DNA of 64,000 nt, taken from an uncultured Bacteroidota bacterium. Its GTDB lineage: Bacteria > Bacteroidota > Ignavibacteria > UBA10030 > UBA8401. A model generated the notes under the pieces. It saw nothing but the letters and a program-made list of their open reading frames with translations. It was not told the origin of the DNA and did not search any database. Both the position numbers and the translations under genes were made by a program. This document shows positions 29,953 to 39,215 of this stretch, piece after piece (within the stretch, counting starts at the first letter, position 1; each line of letters starts with the position of its first letter). The stretch lies in the NCBI GenBank assembly GCA_937920105.1, contig CALETH010000131.1, forward strand, positions 6,400 through 70,399. The letters are read 5' to 3'.

Positions 29953-30627
29953 ATGCCATGGATGGAATTCATTAGAGAAGATTCTTACGTAAGTAAGGAT
30001 AGCCCAAATATAGCAATAACCAGCGACCGCAAATTCATGTTTAATTCTCAGTTTGTCAGATTAGCTGGCTTGAATATCAAACAACGGGTGGTAGTTCATA
30101 TTCATCCAGAGACGTATAGAATTGGATTTGAATTTGTTACAGATGATAATCAAAATTCTTTCCAATTAGGTTATCAATCTCGTGGTAGTAAATCAGGAGG
30201 ACTTAATTGTACAGCTGGAGCAGTAATTAATAGATTTGCTTGGATAAAGGCAATTTCAGAATTAAAATCTCCCCAAGCAAAACGTTTTTCTCCAAAACAA
30301 GATAGAGAAATGGGGAAATTGGTATGGGCAATACAACTTTGTCCGGCTTTTGAAATTAGCGAGTCTAGAGAAGCAAATAATATTCCAAGTGGAGCAAAAG
30401 GAATATATCGGTATAAACGTCATAGTGGAGAAATAGTTTATATAGGTAAAGGAGATATAAAGAGTAGATTAAATGAACCTCAAAGACGAGAATGGAAGTT
30501 TGATACAATTGAGTATTCAATTGTAGAAGATGTAGATGCAAGAACAAAATGGGAAGAATTTTGGATTGTTCGTTTTCAAGAAGAAAATAAACAACAACTT
30601 CCAATGTATAATAAAATTTCTGCTTAA
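29953..30627 (+). CDS. Swapped-hairpin (AbrB/MazE-like) N-terminal domain fused to a GIY-YIG nuclease domain
   Basis: 224 aa; the N-terminal IAITSDRKFMFNSQFVRLAGLNIKQRVVVHIHPETYRIGFEFV resembles AbrB/SpoVT-type DNA-binding barrels; the C-terminal GIYRYKRHSGEIVYIGKG...R...E is a GIY-YIG core. RBS aaggaa. Confidence 0.6.
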   Translation: MPWMEFIREDSYVSKDSPNIAITSDRKFMFNSQFVRLAGLNIKQRVVVHIHPETYRIGFEFVTDDNQNSFQLGYQSRGSKSGGLNCTAGAVINRFAWIKAISELKSPQAKRFSPKQDREMGKLVWAIQLCPAFEISESREANNIPSGAKGIYRYKRHSGEIVYIGKGDIKSRLNEPQRREWKFDTIEYSIVEDVDARTKWEEFWIVRFQEENKQQLPMYNKISA

Positions 30628-30663
30628 AATTATAGAATATATTTTTACATATTTGATACAATT

Positions 30664-32244
30664 ATGCAATTCACATTTCTCAATATAGGAATACTCACAT
30701 GGCTAACATTCTTACCATTGGTAGGAATGCTGTGTATCTTTTTTCTTCCACAAAAAAAATCACAACTAGCAAAATGGATAACATTAGGTTGCACAACAAT
30801 CCAATTGTTATTAGCAACAATCATTTATATAAAATTTGATAGAACATTAGCAGGAGTAAATTCTATCGAAGGAATGCAATTCAAAGAAATTTTTCCATGG
30901 ATTTCTATTAACAGTACAGAATGGTTCGGGAAAATTTCCATTCAATATTTTTTAGGAATTGATGGACTCAGTGTTCCGATGATTTTATTAACAGCAATTA
31001 TTTCTTTCATTGCCGTTCTTGCATCATGGAAAATAGAAAAATCCGTGAAAGGATATTTTTCATTATTTCTTTTATTAAACACCGGAATGTTTGGCGTTTT
31101 TGTTGCGTTAGATTTTTTCTTGTTCTTTATTTTTTGGGAATTAATGTTGTTACCAATGTATTTTCTTATTGGAGTGTGGGGTGGAGAGCGAAGAGAATAT
31201 GCAGCAGTAAAATTTTTCCTCTACACATTATTTGGTTCAGTGCTGATTTTATTAGTGATGTTGGCATTATACTTTAGTGTTACTGTTACTGATGCAATAA
31301 CTGGAGAAAAAATGCACACCTTCAATATGCTCGCAATGATGAATCCACAAAATTTTGAAAACAATTCACTCTTATTCGGACTTCACACTTATTGGAGATA
31401 CATTGCATTTATTGCACTCTTTATTGGATTTGCAATTAAATTACCGTTGTTTCCATTTCACACATGGCTGCCTGATGCACACGTGGAAGCACCAACAGCA
31501 ATCAGCGTTATTCTTGCCGGCATACTTTTAAAAATGGGTGGATATGGTTTAGTGAGAATTGCATTACCAATTTTTCCGGATGCAGCAATACACTATGTAT
31601 ATCCTATTGCCTTTTTGGGATTTATTAATATTGTGTATGGTGCATTGTGTGCAATGGCACAAAAAGATTTTAAAAAACTCATTGCCTATTCATCCGTCAG
31701 CCACATGGGAATTGTAGTGTTGGGAATTGCAGCGTTAAATACGCAAGGAATGGTTGGAGCAATGTTGCAAATGTTCAATCACGGAACAATTACCGCAATG
31801 CTCTTTGTTATTGTCGGCGTATTGTATGATAGAACACACACACGTCAGATAAGTGAGTTTGGCGGGTTGATGAATAAAATGCCAAAATATTCTGCATTAG
31901 TAGTCATTGCATTTTTTGCATCACTTGGTTTGCCGGGATTAAGCGGATTTATTTCTGAGGCCTTTTCATTTCTCGGTGCATTTCAAACTCATCAATGGTT
32001 AACTATTGCTTCCACATCTGGAATAGTATTAACCGCCGCTTATATGTTGTGGACTTTTCAACGTGTGTATTTAGGAACACTTCCGGAAAAATGGAATTCA
32101 CTACAAGATATTTCCAAACGAGAGTTATTGATGTTAGTTCCGCTAGCAATCATTATAATATTTTTAGGAATTTATCCAACACCAATGTTAGAATTAATGA
32201 ATACTTCTGTGAACGCTCTTGTTGAAATGGTAAAAGTGAAATAA
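30664..32244 (+). CDS. nuoM: NADH-quinone oxidoreductase subunit M
   Basis: 526 aa antiporter-like subunit (FPFHTWLPDAHVEAPTAISVILAGILLKMGGYG). Confidence 0.96.
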   Translation: MQFTFLNIGILTWLTFLPLVGMLCIFFLPQKKSQLAKWITLGCTTIQLLLATIIYIKFDRTLAGVNSIEGMQFKEIFPWISINSTEWFGKISIQYFLGIDGLSVPMILLTAIISFIAVLASWKIEKSVKGYFSLFLLLNTGMFGVFVALDFFLFFIFWELMLLPMYFLIGVWGGERREYAAVKFFLYTLFGSVLILLVMLALYFSVTVTDAITGEKMHTFNMLAMMNPQNFENNSLLFGLHTYWRYIAFIALFIGFAIKLPLFPFHTWLPDAHVEAPTAISVILAGILLKMGGYGLVRIALPIFPDAAIHYVYPIAFLGFINIVYGALCAMAQKDFKKLIAYSSVSHMGIVVLGIAALNTQGMVGAMLQMFNHGTITAMLFVIVGVLYDRTHTRQISEFGGLMNKMPKYSALVVIAFFASLGLPGLSGFISEAFSFLGAFQTHQWLTIASTSGIVLTAAYMLWTFQRVYLGTLPEKWNSLQDISKRELLMLVPLAIIIIFLGIYPTPMLELMNTSVNALVEMVKVK

Positions 32245-32684
32245 TGAAGATATCAGAAAACATCATCCCACTGTCCTTAGAAGAAGTAATAATTTTACAA
32301 AAAAAACGGACGAAAATTATTATTGCTTTATCTAAAATAGAAATTTTTTCTTTGGGAGTATTATTTTTCTTTTTTCGAAATAATCTTAATGAAATAGTAT
32401 TTTTTGTCCTTTTAGGTTGTGTTACAGTTTTGTTGATAGTGATTAGTTTTATAGCAGTAAAACAAATAAATAAAGATTTATATAAAGATATAAAAAAAAT
32501 AATTATAGGTACTATTGATAATAAACTTATTGAGTTTTATAAATCTCCATCGTATTACCTTTTTATCGGTAACGAAAAAATTTTTGTTGATAAAAAAACA
32601 TATCAACAATATGAAATTGGTGCTAAGATAGAGATTCATATCACTTTTTACAGTCAACACGTATTTATTATTAAGTATCTTTAA
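32244..32684 (+). CDS. Small 2-TM membrane protein, paralogue 1 (possibly bPH_2/DUF304-like)
   Basis: Starts MKISENIIPLSLEE; two TM helices then about a 75-aa soluble domain ending KIEIHITFYSQHVFIIKYL; TAATG-coupled to nuoM. Confidence 0.5.
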   Translation: MKISENIIPLSLEEVIILQKKRTKIIIALSKIEIFSLGVLFFFFRNNLNEIVFFVLLGCVTVLLIVISFIAVKQINKDLYKDIKKIIIGTIDNKLIEFYKSPSYYLFIGNEKIFVDKKTYQQYEIGAKIEIHITFYSQHVFIIKYL

Positions 32685-33139
32685 TGAAAATCTCAGAAAA
32701 TATCGTTCCACTTTCTCCGGAAGAAATTGAAACTTTACAAAAAGACAAAAGAAATACTCTTATAGCAGTTCCAATAGTAGGAATAGTTTTTGTAATAGTT
32801 TTATATTTCATTTTTGATGAAAACATTTTGTGGTTTTATACAGTGAGTGGGAGTATCCTTTTATTATTTTCTTTTTTCATGTGGAAAACAACTCAAAAAA
32901 TTCGTAAAGATATTCAAGAAGGAATGAAAAGGGTAATTGTTGGTACGATTGATAATAAATCTGCTCAAAAATCAGCAACCACTAATAATAAATCCAGCAC
33001 CAATACTAATTACTATTTGTGGCTCGGTGAAGAAAAATTTTCCATCAATTCAGATACTTATTATAAATGTGAAAAAGAACAAAAAGTAGAAATTCATATA
33101 ACACCACACTCTCAACATATATATAAAATTATTGTATGA
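32684..33139 (+). CDS. Small 2-TM membrane protein, paralogue 2
   Basis: Starts MKISENIVPLSPEE; same architecture as the upstream gene with a low-complexity insertion (KSATTNNKSSTNTNYY); ends KVEIHITPHSQHIYKIIV. Confidence 0.5.
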   Translation: MKISENIVPLSPEEIETLQKDKRNTLIAVPIVGIVFVIVLYFIFDENILWFYTVSGSILLLFSFFMWKTTQKIRKDIQEGMKRVIVGTIDNKSAQKSATTNNKSSTNTNYYLWLGEEKFSINSDTYYKCEKEQKVEIHITPHSQHIYKIIV

Positions 33140-34242
33140 ATATTGTAATGCTATTGTTTTGTATTATCGCTGGATTTTTTATTTTTTTTGGATGTTCTAA
33201 AGCCATGAAAAAATCTTCATCATTTCCTTCTATAGAACAAGAAACATTAGAAGAACGAGAAAAGGGCTTTCAACAATATCCCAACGCATTATATCCAATA
33301 GAAAAAAATGGAAAATGGGGATATATGAATCGTGCAACAAAAATTATTATTCAACCACAATATGAAAACGTGGAAGATTTTTTTGAAGGAAGAGCAAAAA
33401 TCCAAAAAAATGGAAAGTATGGGTATATTGATAGTACTGGAAAAGAAATTATTTTAGCACAATTTGAAAAGGCAGAAAATTTTTTTGAAGGATTTGCAAA
33501 AATAAAAAAAAATGAGAAATACGGCTTTATTGATAAAACAGGAAAAGAAATTATCTCACCACAATTTGAAGATGCGGGAAATTTTTCTGAGGGCTTTGCT
33601 GCTGTAAAAATAAATGGTAAAACCGGATTTATAAATAGAGAAGGAAAAATAATTATCCAACCGCAATTTTTACGTGCAGTGTATGTTTCGCAATTTTCTG
33701 AAGGACTTGCTTCAGTCTATACCTCGGAAGAAGAAGGTGGTGGATATATTGATAAAAAAGGTGAGTGGATTATTCAACCAAATTTTATTGAAGTTGGTCC
33801 TTTTCGTAATGGACTTGCCAGAGTTGCTGTTCAAGAAGATAAAATACTGACTGGCTTTCTTGATAAAGGTGGTCTATTTGTTATCGCACCATCATTTACT
33901 TTTGCATGGGATTTTTCTGAAAATTTTGTAACGGGTTGGACATTAAGCGAAGACCGAACGAAAAAAATCTGGAAATGTATGGATACACAAGGCAATATTG
34001 TTCTTGATAATTTACCATATCGAACAGTTGGTGCATGTGTGGGAGGATTTATTCCTATACAAAATTCTGAAATGAAGTGGGGATTTATGGATATCACTGG
34101 AAAAGAAATTATTCCACCGCAATTTTCAGGAATAAATCATTTTAAAAATGGACTTGCGAGAATGGAAATAGGAGATTTCTCTCGTGGACATACGTCTATT
34201 GTTTATATTAATCCAACAGGCAAAATAGTTTGGCAACCGTAA
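33136..34242 (+). CDS. WG-repeat (KWG-like) lipoprotein
   Basis: Lipoprotein signal ...FFGCSK; at least 7 repeats of G[KY][WY]G[FY]I[DN]xTGKEIIxPQFExxxxFxEGxA. Confidence 0.7.
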   Translation: MNIVMLLFCIIAGFFIFFGCSKAMKKSSSFPSIEQETLEEREKGFQQYPNALYPIEKNGKWGYMNRATKIIIQPQYENVEDFFEGRAKIQKNGKYGYIDSTGKEIILAQFEKAENFFEGFAKIKKNEKYGFIDKTGKEIISPQFEDAGNFSEGFAAVKINGKTGFINREGKIIIQPQFLRAVYVSQFSEGLASVYTSEEEGGGYIDKKGEWIIQPNFIEVGPFRNGLARVAVQEDKILTGFLDKGGLFVIAPSFTFAWDFSENFVTGWTLSEDRTKKIWKCMDTQGNIVLDNLPYRTVGACVGGFIPIQNSEMKWGFMDITGKEIIPPQFSGINHFKNGLARMEIGDFSRGHTSIVYINPTGKIVWQP

Positions 34243-34269
34243 TATGATTAAGTTATTCAAAAAAACAAT

Positions 34270-34350
34270 GTCATTCCCACATGTTTTTAGTGGGAATCCA
34301 TTTTTTAAATTTTCGTAAAAATATGGATTCCCGCTTTCGCGGGAATGACC
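34270..34350. repeat. Two REP-like palindromes (gtcattcccac-N-gtgggaatcc; ggattcccgctttcgcgggaatgacc)
   Basis: The first is near-identical to 13016-13044; the second is the GAAA-loop type also seen at 50529. Their translation gives the spurious MFLVGIHFLNFRKNMDSRFRGNDLKKF extension of the nuoN ORF in the track. Confidence 0.75.
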
Positions 34351-34373
34351 TTAAAAAATTTTGTATTCGCTTT

Positions 34374-35822
34374 ATGATTGAACACATCCTTTCTTCGCTA
34401 CACTATATTTATCCAGAGATTACACTTCTTGGGACAATTCTTACTATTATAATAGCAGATGTTTTTTTATCATCACATAAAAAAATATCTTTTGTTATAA
34501 TTGCTTTTATTGGAATTTTTCTTCTAGCAACATTTCTTATTCAACAACAATTTTCTCTTAATGCAATTTTTGATGGAATGCTTACAATAGATTCCTTTGC
34601 ACGATTTTTTAAACTTTTAATTATTGCTGCTGGTGCATTCACAATTCTTTTCTCACTCAATTCATCAGAGCTTACTACAATCCATCAACGCCTCGGTGAA
34701 TATTATGCAATTCTTTTCACCGCAATGCTGGGAATGTTTTTAATGGTCAGTGCAACACATCTGCTCACATTATATTTAGCAATAGAACTTACCAGTATTA
34801 GTTTCTACATTTTGGTTGGCATTATAAAAGAAAGACAATCTTCATCCGAAGCATCGCTGAAATATATTTTATATGGAGCATTTTCTTCCGGAGTAATGTT
34901 GTACGGACTTTCACTTTTTTATGGAATGTTTGGTTCGTTAGAATTTAGTGCTATACAAATTGCTCTTATAGAAGGAAGCACAAATCCATTATTACTATTG
35001 TTTGCAACATTGTGTTTGCTTGTCGGACTTGGATATAAAATTTCCATTGTTCCGTTTCATTTTTGGACTCCTGATGTGTACGAAGGTGCACCAATTACTA
35101 TTACAGCATTTCTTTCCGTTGCATCAAAAATTTCCGGATTTGCTTTGCTGATGCGAATAGTAATGATGTTTTCCGAAGTGAAAGAAATTCCTCTACAACA
35201 AATTCTCATTATCATTTCTATTCTAACAATGACGATTGGAAACCTTGTGGCCTTATGGCAAAATAATATTAAAAGATTTCTTGCATACTCTAGTATTGCC
35301 CACGCCGGATATTTATTATTAGGGTGTGTAACGATGGGAAAAGAAGGATTGATGGCAATGATGTTGTACAGCGGAATATATCTTTTTATGAACCTTGGAA
35401 CATTTTATGTTGCAATGTTTGTTGCTGATATAAAACAAAGTGAACATCTTGATGCTTACAAAGGATTAGGAAAATCATTTCCATTTCTTTCTATTGCAAT
35501 GGTAATATTTTTAATTTCGCTAACGGGGTTGCCGCCTACTGCAGGATTTATAGGTAAACTGTATTTATTTTCTTCTTTAATGAATGCAAAACTTGTATGG
35601 TTAGCATTGATAGCAGTTATTAATAGTATTATATCATTATACTATTATATAAGAATTATCCGGAACATGTTTTTGCGTGATGAGGAATTACCAATCATAA
35701 CACATAATATTTTTTTATTTCCTCAAAAAATTCTTCTTTTACTTTTACTTCTTCCCACAATTATTTTTGGAATGTATTTTTCTCCATTGATGGAATTGGT
35801 GCGAAGTTCCATACTGAAATAG
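34374..35822 (+). CDS. nuoN: NADH-quinone oxidoreductase subunit N
   Basis: Start chosen at MIEHILSSLHYIYPE (ATG 34374), downstream of the repeat; ND2/NuoN antiporter-like subunit. Confidence 0.9.
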   Translation: MIEHILSSLHYIYPEITLLGTILTIIIADVFLSSHKKISFVIIAFIGIFLLATFLIQQQFSLNAIFDGMLTIDSFARFFKLLIIAAGAFTILFSLNSSELTTIHQRLGEYYAILFTAMLGMFLMVSATHLLTLYLAIELTSISFYILVGIIKERQSSSEASLKYILYGAFSSGVMLYGLSLFYGMFGSLEFSAIQIALIEGSTNPLLLLFATLCLLVGLGYKISIVPFHFWTPDVYEGAPITITAFLSVASKISGFALLMRIVMMFSEVKEIPLQQILIIISILTMTIGNLVALWQNNIKRFLAYSSIAHAGYLLLGCVTMGKEGLMAMMLYSGIYLFMNLGTFYVAMFVADIKQSEHLDAYKGLGKSFPFLSIAMVIFLISLTGLPPTAGFIGKLYLFSSLMNAKLVWLALIAVINSIISLYYYIRIIRNMFLRDEELPIITHNIFLFPQKILLLLLLLPTIIFGMYFSPLMELVRSSILK

Positions 35823-35880
35823 TGTTCTTGCCAATACATCTTTTTTTTTGTACATTATTAAACTTTTCTCAATTCTTAAG

Positions 35881-35954
35881 GCGGGGTAGCTCAGCTGGTT
35901 AGAGCGTCGGAATCATAATCCGTAGGTCGGGGGTTCAAGTCCCTCCCCCGCTAC
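35881..35954 (+). tRNA. tRNA with CAT anticodon (Met, or more likely Ile2/lysidine given the tilS neighbour)
   Basis: ggcggggtagctcagctggttagagcgtcggaatcataatccgtaggtcgggggttcaagtccctcccccgcta folds as a cloverleaf (7-bp acceptor with G1-U72, D-arm GCTC/GAGC, anticodon loop aTCATAa, T-arm GGGGG/CCCTC, TTCAAGT loop); no encoded CCA. Confidence 0.85.
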
Positions 35955-35962
35955 AATAATAA

Positions 35963-36000
35963 CCCTTTCAATCGGCTCAACGATATGAAAGGTTTTTTTT
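35963..36000 (+). terminator. Hairpin plus T9 run downstream of the tRNA
   Basis: cctttcaatcggctcaacgatatgaaagg followed by ttttttttt. Confidence 0.6.
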
Positions 36001-36001
36001 T

Positions 36002-37381
36002 ATGAGGAATAAAAAAAACATAAAACCATTTCAGCAAAAGATTCTCTCCTTTATCACACAACACCAATTATTGAAAAAACACCAACAAATTGCTGTTGCG
36101 GTGAGTGGGGGAATTGATTCTGTGGTTTTATTAGATGTTCTTTTTCAATTACGAGAAATATTGAAAATTTCATTACATGTTGTTCATGTCAATCATCAAT
36201 TGCGAGGAAAAGAATCTAATGCTGATGAGCAGTTTGTAAAAAAACTTGCAAAGAAATATGGTGTTCCGATTTATAGTGAACGATATGATACTCAAAAAAT
36301 TGCATTGCAAAACTCACAATCTATTCTAGTGGCTGCGAGAGAATTACGATATAATTTTTTTTCTACGCTAAAAAATATTCATCATATTGCCACCGCACAT
36401 AATGCTAATGATAATGCAGAAACTATGTTGTTTAATTTTTTTCGAGGGACGGGAATTTATGGTATAACGGGAATTCCAATTCAACGAGAAAAAATTGTGC
36501 GTCCGCTGTTGTGTGTTACACGTTCAGAAATTGTAGAATATGCAAAAGAACACAAATTATCTTTTCGTGAAGATTCTTCTAACAACAAAGATGTGTATAG
36601 TAGAAATTTTTTGCGACATCATATTATTCCGTTGATAGAAAAGAATATCAATCCATCACTTGTTCAAACATTACAAGCGGAAGCAAAAATCTTTTTTAAT
36701 GCAGGAAATTTTTTACAGTCTCAAATTGAACAAGTAAAACAAGAAATTGTAAAAGTTGATGAAAAAAAAATAATACTACCAGTCACATTATTTCAAAAGC
36801 AACATTCATATCTTCAACAAATGTTGGTTGCAGATATTTTATTGCAACAAAAGATTGAATTGCATCATCTTCATATTGAAGCAATAATTTCTCTTTGTAA
36901 TTCACAAAAAGGAAAATCTGTAGAATTAGGAAATGGTTGGGTTGTAGAAAAAAATTCAAAAGAAATAGTTTTTCAGAAAAAAAGAAATGTGCAGGATTTT
37001 TTATTTGTTCTTAGCAAAGAAGGGAAAGTCACAACAAAAGATTTTTCTATGTCCATTACAAAAAGTACACGTCCAAAAAAGTTTGAGAAAAATCCTTTTG
37101 TGGAATACGTGGATGCAGAAATGATTCAATTTCCTGTTACCATTCGTTCATGGAAAAACGGAGACGAATTTTTTCCATTAGGAATGCATCATGTAAAAAA
37201 AGTGAGTGATTTTTTTGTGGATGAAAAAATCCCGCGTTCAGAAAAACACACTATTCCGATTATAGAATCCAGCAAATCTATCGTATGGATTGCAGGTCAT
37301 CGATTAGATAATCGGTTTAAGATAACGGACAAAACAAAAAAAGTATTTAAGTTAGAGTATTCAGTTATCAGTAGTCAGTAG
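36002..37381 (+). CDS. tilS: tRNA(Ile)-lysidine synthetase
   Basis: PP-loop SGGIDS (VAVSGGIDSVVLL), 459 aa with TilS C-terminal domains. Confidence 0.92.
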   Translation: MRNKKNIKPFQQKILSFITQHQLLKKHQQIAVAVSGGIDSVVLLDVLFQLREILKISLHVVHVNHQLRGKESNADEQFVKKLAKKYGVPIYSERYDTQKIALQNSQSILVAARELRYNFFSTLKNIHHIATAHNANDNAETMLFNFFRGTGIYGITGIPIQREKIVRPLLCVTRSEIVEYAKEHKLSFREDSSNNKDVYSRNFLRHHIIPLIEKNINPSLVQTLQAEAKIFFNAGNFLQSQIEQVKQEIVKVDEKKIILPVTLFQKQHSYLQQMLVADILLQQKIELHHLHIEAIISLCNSQKGKSVELGNGWVVEKNSKEIVFQKKRNVQDFLFVLSKEGKVTTKDFSMSITKSTRPKKFEKNPFVEYVDAEMIQFPVTIRSWKNGDEFFPLGMHHVKKVSDFFVDEKIPRSEKHTIPIIESSKSIVWIAGHRLDNRFKITDKTKKVFKLEYSVISSQ

Positions 37382-37470
37382 ATTATTACATTCTGAACGT
37401 AGTGAGGAATCTTCGGACTAATTTCATAGTTATCATAACAATCATTTAATCATAGTTGAAAAGTAAACTT

Positions 37471-38016
37471 ATGCACACAAACATTACCATTAATAACGAA
37501 GATTTTTCTATCTACATTAGTGAAAAAGAAATTCAAGAACGAGTGCGAGAACTTGGTGAAGAAATGAATAAGCGATATGAAGGAAAAACTCCAATTTTTA
37601 TCGGAGTGTTGAATGGTTCTTTTATTTTTTTTGCAGATTTGCTTCGTGAAATTACTATTGATTGCGAAGTGGATTTCTTAAAACTTTCCAGTTATGGAGA
37701 TTCAAAAATTTCTTCAGGAAACGTTACACTATTGAAAGACCTCAATTGCCAAATTACCGGAAGAGATATTGTTCTTGTTGAAGATATTATTGATTCTGGT
37801 CTTTCTATTGATTATATCCGAAAATTAGTGTTAGCACAATCACCAAAATCACTTGCCGTTGCTGCTTTGCTTTATAAAAAAGAAGCAATAAAAATTCATA
37901 ATCCCATAGAATATATTGGTTTTGAAATTCCCAATGATTTTGTGATTGGATATGGTTTGGATTATGCTCAAAAGGGAAGAAATTTGAGAGCGATTTATAA
38001 GATTGTAAATCAATAA
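37471..38016 (+). CDS. hpt: Hypoxanthine(-guanine) phosphoribosyltransferase
   Basis: PRPP-binding motif VLVEDIIDSGLS; tilS-hpt-ftsH synteny as in Bacillus. The track ORF begins at TTG 37456. Confidence 0.9.
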   Translation: MHTNITINNEDFSIYISEKEIQERVRELGEEMNKRYEGKTPIFIGVLNGSFIFFADLLREITIDCEVDFLKLSSYGDSKISSGNVTLLKDLNCQITGRDIVLVEDIIDSGLSIDYIRKLVLAQSPKSLAVAALLYKKEAIKIHNPIEYIGFEIPNDFVIGYGLDYAQKGRNLRAIYKIVNQ

Positions 38017-38088
38017 GATTCATTGTTTTTTCTTCATTTCTTTTTTACTTTGGAAAGAGGAAATTAGTTTTCAAAATTTCAAATTTGT

Positions 38089-38658
38089 ATGATAAAAAAG
38101 ATATTGTTTGTTGTAATGTGCTTTTCTTTTCATGTAGTATATACACAACCTATTGAGCGTTCAAATTTTTTTGTTACAGGTTCTCTAGGAACAACGATTC
38201 CTACCCAAGAAGATTTTATTCAATATGGCATTTCATTTAGTAAATCATTTTCAGTTGCTATTGTTTCTTTGGTTGACCCATTAAAGATATCGTTAAAGTT
38301 TACAGAATTTTCTGCAAACGCAAATCCAAAAAACCTCACACAATATTATACGCAGACAACGTGTAATGCTGGAATATATTTTTGTGATGTGGCAAAATTT
38401 TTAGATGTTTCTTTTAATGCTGGTGGTGGTTTTGTTTTTATGAATAGTAGAGAAACGCACACGATAACAAAAACGGGTAGATTGTGGTATGAAAATAGAT
38501 ATTCTAGTTTGCCAGGATTGTGGATTGGAGGTTCAATAGAAAAATCGCTTTTTGTACAATCACTTGTTGGAATAATGGAACTAGAATACAACTATCCAAT
38601 ATATCGTTTCTCTGGGCATAATATAAATATTTCTTTTGGAATAGGATATTATTTGTGA
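38089..38658 (+). CDS. Hypothetical outer-membrane beta-barrel-like protein
   Basis: Signal peptide, alternating hydrophobic pattern, C-terminal aromatic GIGYYL. Confidence 0.5.
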   Translation: MIKKILFVVMCFSFHVVYTQPIERSNFFVTGSLGTTIPTQEDFIQYGISFSKSFSVAIVSLVDPLKISLKFTEFSANANPKNLTQYYTQTTCNAGIYFCDVAKFLDVSFNAGGGFVFMNSRETHTITKTGRLWYENRYSSLPGLWIGGSIEKSLFVQSLVGIMELEYNYPIYRFSGHNINISFGIGYYL

Positions 38659-39146
38659 GAGCACGATTATTAATAGCAATTTTTGCCTCGTTTCTTTTTC
38701 TCGGTGTAACCTGTGAAGATGGGTCTGGTGTTACTGAAGAACCGTTAAAAGGGAAAATTACAAATGAAAATGGAGAAAATATTTTTCAAGCAAAAATTCA
38801 ATTTCAAAAACCTTTTCCCTTTTTAGGAGGTACTTATACTTATTCAGATAGCGAAGGACAATATATAATGCAAAATGGTTTTTCTTATCCTTGTTCTACA
38901 GATATTGGAGCATGCAATAAAACAACAAGTTATAGCGAATGGGAAGACTTTGTTTTAATAGTAACTCATGTTGATTATGATACTACAATTGTTGGAATCG
39001 TAAAAAATAATAACAATAATTTAAAAATGGTTATGCAAAATCGTAACATAGAAATAGACACAATTTTTTCTTCTGAGCAATATAACTTTGGAGAATTTGG
39101 CGAAGAACATTTTATACCAACCATTATTTTGAAATCAAAAAAATAA
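38655..39146 (+). CDS. Hypothetical secreted protein
   Basis: GTG start overlapping the previous stop (GTGA); signal peptide MRARLLIAIFASFLFLGVTC. Confidence 0.45.
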   Translation: MRARLLIAIFASFLFLGVTCEDGSGVTEEPLKGKITNENGENIFQAKIQFQKPFPFLGGTYTYSDSEGQYIMQNGFSYPCSTDIGACNKTTSYSEWEDFVLIVTHVDYDTTIVGIVKNNNNNLKMVMQNRNIEIDTIFSSEQYNFGEFGEEHFIPTIILKSKK

Positions 39147-39215
39147 AACATGTAATTTTTGTGAAAATCAGTACATTGTAAGTAATGAAATAATAACTTA
39201 GGAGCAATTATAAAG

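Noticed and set aside
34281-34373. N-terminal extension MFLVGIHFLNFRKNMDSRFRGNDLKKF… of nuoN
   Set aside because: It is the translation of two REP-like palindromes; the true start is the Met before IEHILSSLHYIYPE.
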